From Turneriella sp. (GTDB lineage: Bacteria; Spirochaetota; Leptospiria; Turneriellales; Turneriellaceae), in NCBI GenBank assembly GCA_965279515.1, contig CBDIID010000003.1, positions 1,408,001 to 1,472,000 of the forward strand: a DNA stretch of 64,000 nucleotides. Reading direction: 5' to 3'. The notes beneath the pieces were generated by a model. That model searched no databases. It was not told the DNA's origin and worked only from the letters and a program-made list of their open reading frames with translations. Position 1 is the first letter of the stretch. Each line of letters starts with the position of its first letter. This document shows positions 58,083 through 64,000 of this stretch, piece after piece. The position numbers and the translations under genes were made by a program.

Positions 58083-58733
58083 ATGCAAATCACCAGACTT
58101 TCACTTTTTATCATCGTCATTGCCGCATGTTTTACCGGCGCTGCCGCGAAAACACTCACAATCGAAAGCCCCTCTTACATGTCAGCCCTGGAGCTGGCCG
58201 TACTCGAAGAGCTCAACCTCGCCCGCACTAATCCACAGACCTACGCTAAACTGCTCGAAGATTACCGCGCTACTTTCAAGGGTAAAATCGCCAAGCGCCC
58301 GGGCAAAATTGATCTTCTGACCAGCGAGGGCACGCGCGCTGTCGACGAAGCAATACGCGCGCTCAAAAAACAATCCCCCATGGATGCCATGCGGCCTTCG
58401 AAAGGCATGTCGCTCGGCGCCCGCGACCACGTCAAAGATATCGGCCCCAAGGGAATCACGGGACACAACGGCTCAGATGGCTCAAAGCCCTTCGACCGCA
58501 TCAACCGCTACGGCACATGGCAGCAGACGGCCGGTGAAAATATCAGCTTTGGCAACGACGAAGGCCGCGCGGTGTTAATCCAACTGATCGTAGACGACGC
58601 CGTGGCGAACCGCGGCCACCGCAAAAACATCTATAAAAAGGAATTCAACCGCGTGGGCATCGCCTGCGGCCCGCACAAAGTTTATGGCACGATGTGCGTG
58701 CAGACCTTTGCCGGCGAATACGTCGAAAAATAA
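58083..58733 (+). CDS. CAP/SCP domain exported protein
   Basis: ELNLARTNP, GHNGSDGS, GENISFG, RGHRKNI. Confidence 0.88.
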   Translation: MQITRLSLFIIVIAACFTGAAAKTLTIESPSYMSALELAVLEELNLARTNPQTYAKLLEDYRATFKGKIAKRPGKIDLLTSEGTRAVDEAIRALKKQSPMDAMRPSKGMSLGARDHVKDIGPKGITGHNGSDGSKPFDRINRYGTWQQTAGENISFGNDEGRAVLIQLIVDDAVANRGHRKNIYKKEFNRVGIACGPHKVYGTMCVQTFAGEYVEK

Positions 58734-58739
58734 CCGGGC

Positions 58740-59030
58740 TTAGTTCGGGCGCTTAGCCACCAGGCCGCGGATTGCTGAAAACAGCGACGCCGCGATGATA
58801 AACAAAATTCCCAGCGCGATAAAAATCAGCGCGCCGGTCAGCTTGGGGTAATACTTTCCGTTGTTGTGCGCCGCCTGCCAGCGGATGAAATCCGCGATGG
58901 GCCAGGGAGCGGCTATCAGCAGGTAGATCGTCGCCGCTGTCAGTGACAGCAGGGTAATGGCAATGGCAGCAATCCGCCATTTTTCAACCGGCCGCGGCGC
59001 AGGATTTTTTCCGGAATCGACCCGGTCCAT
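58740..59030 (-). CDS. Small two-TM hypothetical membrane protein
   Basis: 96 aa with two hydrophobic helices, 3 bp downstream of the ALDH gene. Confidence 0.6.
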   Translation of the reverse strand: MDRVDSGKNPAPRPVEKWRIAAIAITLLSLTAATIYLLIAAPWPIADFIRWQAAHNNGKYYPKLTGALIFIALGILFIIAASLFSAIRGLVAKRPN

Positions 59031-59033
59031 GGC

Positions 59034-60584
59034 TTATTCGACTTTACAGTAGTCGAGTAGGCCCTGTTTGCCGCCTTCGCGGCCATAACCCGATTCTTTG
59101 TAGCCGCCAAAGGGCGACGTCGGGTCAAACTTGTTGAAGGTATTGATCCACACGACGCCTGCACGCACAGCATTGGCGATCTTCATCGCCTTCGACCCCT
59201 TGTCGGTCCAGATGCCGGCCGAAAGGCCATACTGCGTGTTGTTGGCTTTTTCAATTGCCTCTTCGGGAGTGCGGAAAGTCATCACAGAAAGCACCGGCCC
59301 GAAAATTTCTTCGCGCGCGATGCGGCTCGAAGATGTCACATTGGTAAAGAACGTCGGCTGAAACCAGAAACCCTTGTCAGGTAACTTGCCCGCCTTCTGG
59401 TGCATGACTGCGCCTTCGGCAACGCCGGCATCGGCGAGTTCGCAGATTTTCGTGAGCTGCATCTTCGAGTTGATCGCACCGATGTCAGTGTTTTTATCGA
59501 GGGGATTTCCCACGCGCAGTGTCTGCAGCCGACGGAAAAGTTTTTTCACCACCACGTCGTGGATGGATTCCTGCACGAGCAGGCGGCTGCCCGCGCAGCA
59601 GACATGGCCCTGGTTAAAATAGATACCGTTGACGATACCTTCTACCGCCTGATCGAGCGCGGCATCTTCGAAGATAATGTTCGCGGCCTTGCCACCCAGC
59701 TCTAACGTCATCTTCTTGCCTGAACCGGCAAGGGACTGCTGTATTCTTTTGCCGACGGCGGTTGAACCGGTGAAGGCTACTTTATTCACATCGCTGTGTG
59801 AGACTACGGCAGCACCCGATGCGCCGGCACCGGTGACGATATTCACCACACCATCGGGAAGTTCGGCTTCCTGGAGAATCTGTGCGAGAAAAAGCGAGGT
59901 CAAAGGAGTCGTTTCAGCGGGCTTCAGCACCACCGTGTTACCGCAGGCGAGCGCCGGCGCGAGTTTCCACGCGGCCATGAGCAAAGGAAAGTTCCAGGGA
60001 ATCACCTGCCCGGCGACACCCAGGGGCTTCAGCTTGCGGCCAGGAAATGCATAGTCAAGCTTGTCGGCCCAACCTGCGTAATAGAAAAAATGCGCGGCTG
60101 CCAGGGGTACATCCACATCGCGCGATTCGCGTATCGGCTTACCCCCGTCGATGCTCTCGAGCACTGCCAGCTCGCGCGCGCGGTCTTGAATAAGGCGGGC
60201 GATACGGTAAATATATTTTGCGCGTTCTTTGCCCGGTAATTTCGACCAGACCTTGTTATAAGCGCCGCGTGCCGCTTTAACGGCGAGGTCAACGTCGGCT
60301 TCGTTGGCTTCAGCGATTTCGGCGATCTTTTGCTCTGTCGCCGGGTTGATCGTCGGAAAATATTTGCCGCTCTGCGGCGCTACAAACTTGCCGTTGATAA
60401 AAAGATTGTATTTCGGTGCAATCTTGACAATCGACGACGACTCGATGCTTTCGGCATATTCCCACGCCTTACCGAATTGAATGATATCGGCTGCGGGCGC
60501 CGATGCCTTAATCACAGCCGCCGTTTTTTTCGGGGCAGCGGCCTTGACAGCGACGGATTTACTTTTGGATTTCTTGCCCGCCAT
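59034..60584 (-). CDS. NAD-dependent aldehyde dehydrogenase
   Basis: IPWNFPLLM, FTGSTAVG, ELGGK, catalytic VCCAG, EEIFGPV. Confidence 0.95.
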   Translation of the reverse strand: MAGKKSKSKSVAVKAAAPKKTAAVIKASAPAADIIQFGKAWEYAESIESSSIVKIAPKYNLFINGKFVAPQSGKYFPTINPATEQKIAEIAEANEADVDLAVKAARGAYNKVWSKLPGKERAKYIYRIARLIQDRARELAVLESIDGGKPIRESRDVDVPLAAAHFFYYAGWADKLDYAFPGRKLKPLGVAGQVIPWNFPLLMAAWKLAPALACGNTVVLKPAETTPLTSLFLAQILQEAELPDGVVNIVTGAGASGAAVVSHSDVNKVAFTGSTAVGKRIQQSLAGSGKKMTLELGGKAANIIFEDAALDQAVEGIVNGIYFNQGHVCCAGSRLLVQESIHDVVVKKLFRRLQTLRVGNPLDKNTDIGAINSKMQLTKICELADAGVAEGAVMHQKAGKLPDKGFWFQPTFFTNVTSSSRIAREEIFGPVLSVMTFRTPEEAIEKANNTQYGLSAGIWTDKGSKAMKIANAVRAGVVWINTFNKFDPTSPFGGYKESGYGREGGKQGLLDYCKVE

Positions 60585-60585
60585 A

Positions 60586-61386
60586 TTACCTCTGTTTATT
60601 TTTATCTGTCGGCAGATCGGGAAGATTCAGGGCCTCGATCGCCTCATGCAGAAACATCACGGTGAAGCGCGCCGTTTCACGCACGGTTTTGCCGTGGAAA
60701 AAATTTGCGGTTTCAAGCCGGGTATCGACCATAATGGTATCGTCTTTGTTGAAACACTTCGGACCATTGGCCTGGACATCTTCATAGACGTTCTTCCAGA
60801 AGTCATAGATTTTTTTCAGGAAGGTGCCGCCGTCGAACATGAACTGGCGCTGCTGGCGCGTGCGCATGTCGCGCAGCTGCGCCTTGGAGTCTTCGCGCAC
60901 CGCACGGTTATAGTCTTCGATCGTCTCGACCAGAATCTTCATCTGGCGCTTGAGACTTTCGAGGATGGTAAAATGTGTATCGCGTTCGGCTGAAAGCGCA
61001 AAGTCGAGTTTAATTTTACCCAACGCGGGGTAGAAGGTATTTTCCCAGGCATTGAGCACGCTGCCGAGAATATTGACTTCGAGCTCGTCGGAGTTCGGAG
61101 TGATACGCGCCATCGGCATTTTACCGAGTGTGGGGTAATTATCGCCGATATCTTCGATGCTCTTTTTCTTACCATAGACCGGGCCGGTTGAAGGGTTACT
61201 GGCAAGAAACTGGTCGGCCCCGCCACCAGGGGCAATCGACTCTATTTTATCGCGGATTTTTTTGAGCTCGATCTTGGCCTTATTTTGCTGCTCTGCATTG
61301 CGCGAAGTACGGATAATACCCTCGTACTGGCGCGAAAGTTTTTGCAGGGTCAAAAGCTCCGTTTTCTGGGCTTCGCTGAGGGACAT
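60586..61386 (-). CDS. Hypothetical helical protein
   Basis: 266 aa ORF with host-like codon usage between carA and the ALDH gene. Confidence 0.7.
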   Translation of the reverse strand: MSLSEAQKTELLTLQKLSRQYEGIIRTSRNAEQQNKAKIELKKIRDKIESIAPGGGADQFLASNPSTGPVYGKKKSIEDIGDNYPTLGKMPMARITPNSDELEVNILGSVLNAWENTFYPALGKIKLDFALSAERDTHFTILESLKRQMKILVETIEDYNRAVREDSKAQLRDMRTRQQRQFMFDGGTFLKKIYDFWKNVYEDVQANGPKCFNKDDTIMVDTRLETANFFHGKTVRETARFTVMFLHEAIEALNLPDLPTDKNKQR

Positions 61387-61428
61387 GCGTTAGGGCGAGC
61401 CCGGCGGCTTTGCTGTAAAGCAAAAAGC

Positions 61429-62577
61429 TCAGAACAGATTTCTAAACTCGGAAAATACGATCGCCGCGTCGCGCGGCCCAGGAGCAGCCTCGGGATGGTA
61501 CTGCACGCTGAGTATCTTATACCGGTCGCCGATGATACGAAACCCCTCGGCGCTGAGATCGTTGGCGTTGATCTCGAAGCGCGTGCCTGCCCCCGCAACT
61601 TTTTTCAGCGACTCTTCGTCGACGGCGAAGCCGTGGTTCTGCGAAGTGATAATCACCTGCTTGCGGTAATCGGCCTTCACCGGCTGATTGCCACCATGGT
61701 GGCCGAATTTAAGCTTATAGGTTTTTGCACCCAGCGCCAGCGCCAGCATCTGGTGGCCGAGGCAGATACCGAGGCAGGGTTTCCCGGTTTCAATGAGGGT
61801 TCTGATGTTCGCCACACCGTTCGTGACGACTGCCGGGTCGCCAGGTCCATTCGAGAAGAAGAAACCGGCATACGCGGCGGCGTTGAAGGTTTTTTGCTCT
61901 GCAAGTGCGGTATCGCCGGCAAAGACAGTAGGATTAAAACCTTCGGCAATGAGTTCGCGCAGAATATTATACTTGATGCCGAAATCGAGAACGGCAATGG
62001 GTTTCAGCGTTTTGGCATCCACGCCCTTCTGCTTTAAATATGCCGCGACAAAGGCGTTGGCGTCGACAGCATCGAAATCACGCACGAGATTCAGGCCATC
62101 CATTGAGGGTTCGGCGGCGACGCGCGTTGCCAGCGACTTCACATCGTTTTTTTCAGACAGTGCAAATATACCCGCGGTCTGCGCGCCGCCTTCGCGTATC
62201 TTGCGCACCACCGCGCGGGTATCGACGCCGGTAATCCCCGTTATGCCCTGTTTATTCAGAAAGGCAGAGACGGTTTCGGTCGAACGGAAGTTACTGGGGA
62301 TCTCGCAAAGATCGCGCACCACGACGCCCGAAAGCCAGGCCTTTTTCGATTCGAAATCTTCTGCGTTGATGCCATAGTTGCCAAACGAGGGATACGTAAA
62401 ACAAACGATCTGGCCGCGGTAGCTGGGGTCGGAGAGAATTTCCTGGTAGCCTGACATGGCGGTCTGAAAGACCGCCTCGCCCAGGCTGCCCTCTTTGGGT
62501 TGTGCCCCAAAAAGCTGCCCCGGGAAAAAAGTACCATCCGCAAAAACCAGTGCACCCTTAATCAATGCGGATTCCAT
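61429..62577 (-). CDS. carA: Carbamoyl-phosphate synthase small subunit
   Basis: GYQEILSDPSY, SNGPGDP, GICLGHQ, SQNHGF, QYHPE. Confidence 0.97.
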   Translation of the reverse strand: MESALIKGALVFADGTFFPGQLFGAQPKEGSLGEAVFQTAMSGYQEILSDPSYRGQIVCFTYPSFGNYGINAEDFESKKAWLSGVVVRDLCEIPSNFRSTETVSAFLNKQGITGITGVDTRAVVRKIREGGAQTAGIFALSEKNDVKSLATRVAAEPSMDGLNLVRDFDAVDANAFVAAYLKQKGVDAKTLKPIAVLDFGIKYNILRELIAEGFNPTVFAGDTALAEQKTFNAAAYAGFFFSNGPGDPAVVTNGVANIRTLIETGKPCLGICLGHQMLALALGAKTYKLKFGHHGGNQPVKADYRKQVIITSQNHGFAVDEESLKKVAGAGTRFEINANDLSAEGFRIIGDRYKILSVQYHPEAAPGPRDAAIVFSEFRNLF

Positions 62578-62615
62578 AGCGCCGTTTTTTAAACTCCAGA
62601 CGCGCGGAAAAGCTG

Positions 62616-63971
62616 TTAGTAAAGCTTCAGTTCACGCGCGAGCTCGAAGATATTGCCGTGTTCTTTCTGGCGCTGTATCAGGTCGTCTTCGGAAAGAATA
62701 CGGCGGACGGCCTCTTCGGGCAGGTTCTGCATCCGCTGGAAGTTTTCCTTATAATACGAGAGCGGCAGCTTTTTGCAGAAGATATGGCTCTGGAAATAGA
62801 AGACCTGGTGCGCGATAAGAAAGCGCATCGTGTCATAGTCATCCACAGCCTCGGCGGTGATGATCGCCTCGCGGTTATCGGCAAGACGTATGCAGTAGTC
62901 GATGAAGGCAAGGTTATCGAGAAATTTCGTCTGGTCTTCTTCGGGCTTGAACTTGAAGCTGATCGGGTCGAGCTTGAACTCCTTGATCATTTCGCCGAGG
63001 TCGAGAATGACCTGGTGGCTCTGGCTTTTGACGCCGAAATCGTCGGCGGCGAAGGTGATGCCGAACTGGAAAAAATAGCGGCAGACATCCTTGAGTTTGA
63101 TCTCTTTTTCTTCATACGGCTTCTCGACCAGCTCGAGCCTGACATTGTGCGAATGCAGTTTCTGCCGCATCAGCAGTTCGTTAAAACGAAACACCTTCTC
63201 TGCCGAAGGAAAGGTATCGATCAGGGTCTGCGGCGAAATATTGAATTTCAGAAGCCCCGGCGCCTCATAACACGCCATGACGATTTTCTCCAGGATCAAT
63301 AATTCGACGCGGTTGATATCCTGATCGGGCGGAATGTCGCGCAGCAGTGCCGCATAACCGGCATAGAGCTCGCCGCCGACAAACACCTCGCCCCCCTTGA
63401 TCGAATACGTTTCTTTTTTTGCGTCGAAATGGATGATCGGCTGTATCACGGCATTGGCTTCGATATTGGCGAAATAGTCGTTGGCGCGGTTGAGGTAAGT
63501 CCAGCTCCAGCGCACGAGATTGTCTTTGAGGTTTTTATGCGCGGCGCGGACCAGCTCGGTAAAAATCTCTTCGGGGTCTGAAATATAATTGCACTGCGTG
63601 CGGCCGATGCCGAAATCAAAACTACCGGGGGTATTTTTCGGCGCTTCGCCGTGGAACTTGCCCATTGCGCCGTCGATGTTCGGCAAAAACCCGGGCGCAT
63701 CGTCGCCCGGCACGATGCCGACATAGAAACGCAATTCATCCCCCAAAACATACATCTGTATGGACTGGTTGTCTTCGCTGTTTACGCGGCGGATAAAATC
63801 GGGGATACGTTTGAGGAATTCGTCGATACGCATACCCTTGAGATTTTCAACGAGCATGAGGAAAAGCGGCTTGCCGCGGTTCTTCTCGATAAAGGTCGCG
63901 CGGAAATTTTTCTCGGCGTCGGCGAAACCAAAATTTTCGACGGTCTTCTGTAGAATCGAACGCAAGGGCAC
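62616..63971 (-). CDS. EAL-domain protein with a divergent signature
   Basis: IQPII, GEVF, FNISP, LELVE, ADDFG, FKLD, AEAVD. GTG start. Confidence 0.75.
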   Translation of the reverse strand: MPLRSILQKTVENFGFADAEKNFRATFIEKNRGKPLFLMLVENLKGMRIDEFLKRIPDFIRRVNSEDNQSIQMYVLGDELRFYVGIVPGDDAPGFLPNIDGAMGKFHGEAPKNTPGSFDFGIGRTQCNYISDPEEIFTELVRAAHKNLKDNLVRWSWTYLNRANDYFANIEANAVIQPIIHFDAKKETYSIKGGEVFVGGELYAGYAALLRDIPPDQDINRVELLILEKIVMACYEAPGLLKFNISPQTLIDTFPSAEKVFRFNELLMRQKLHSHNVRLELVEKPYEEKEIKLKDVCRYFFQFGITFAADDFGVKSQSHQVILDLGEMIKEFKLDPISFKFKPEEDQTKFLDNLAFIDYCIRLADNREAIITAEAVDDYDTMRFLIAHQVFYFQSHIFCKKLPLSYYKENFQRMQNLPEEAVRRILSEDDLIQRQKEHGNIFELARELKLY

Positions 63972-64000
63972 TATGCCTTCGCGGCATTCCCTTGCCCGTG

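Overview
Gene-dense bacterial chromosomal window with about 65 CDS. I found no rRNA, tRNA, CRISPR array or transposase. Gene content and protein style suggest a Leptospiraceae-type spirochaete such as Turneriella; this is inference, not checked. Housekeeping genes include the full F1Fo ATP synthase operon (atpI-B-E-F-H-A-G-D-C), alr, tadA, lpdA, gmhA, serS, carA, a RluA-family pseudouridine synthase and LPS glycosyltransferases. These are mixed with many regulators (ArsR, 2 AraC, 2 TetR, Lrp, ECF sigma plus FecR-like protein), three EAL-domain c-di-GMP proteins and a 7TM-DISM adenylate cyclase. Most notable observations: (1) a lower-GC DUF559/Vsr-like endonuclease gene is bracketed by two near-identical 115-bp REPIN-like palindromic doublets built from GNA-triloop hairpins; (2) three separate palindromic elements lie in frame in or beside the signal peptides of exported proteins, and removing one of them in silico restores a canonical 21-aa lipoprotein signal; (3) an orphan FabF-like ketosynthase with an altered catalytic triad overlaps a 7TM sensor fused to an apparently ATPase-dead sigma54-activator/Fis-HTH module, a candidate signal synthase/receptor pair; (4) a duplicated TGCAA-N16-CGTC promoter defines a probable autoregulated ECF regulon of outer-membrane genes; (5) a 76-bp MITE-like element has perfect 18-bp TIRs; (6) two unusual fusion proteins occur (amidase plus beta-lactamase fold; SnoaL-SnoaL-hydrolase). 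All calls come from reading motifs by eye; no searches were run.
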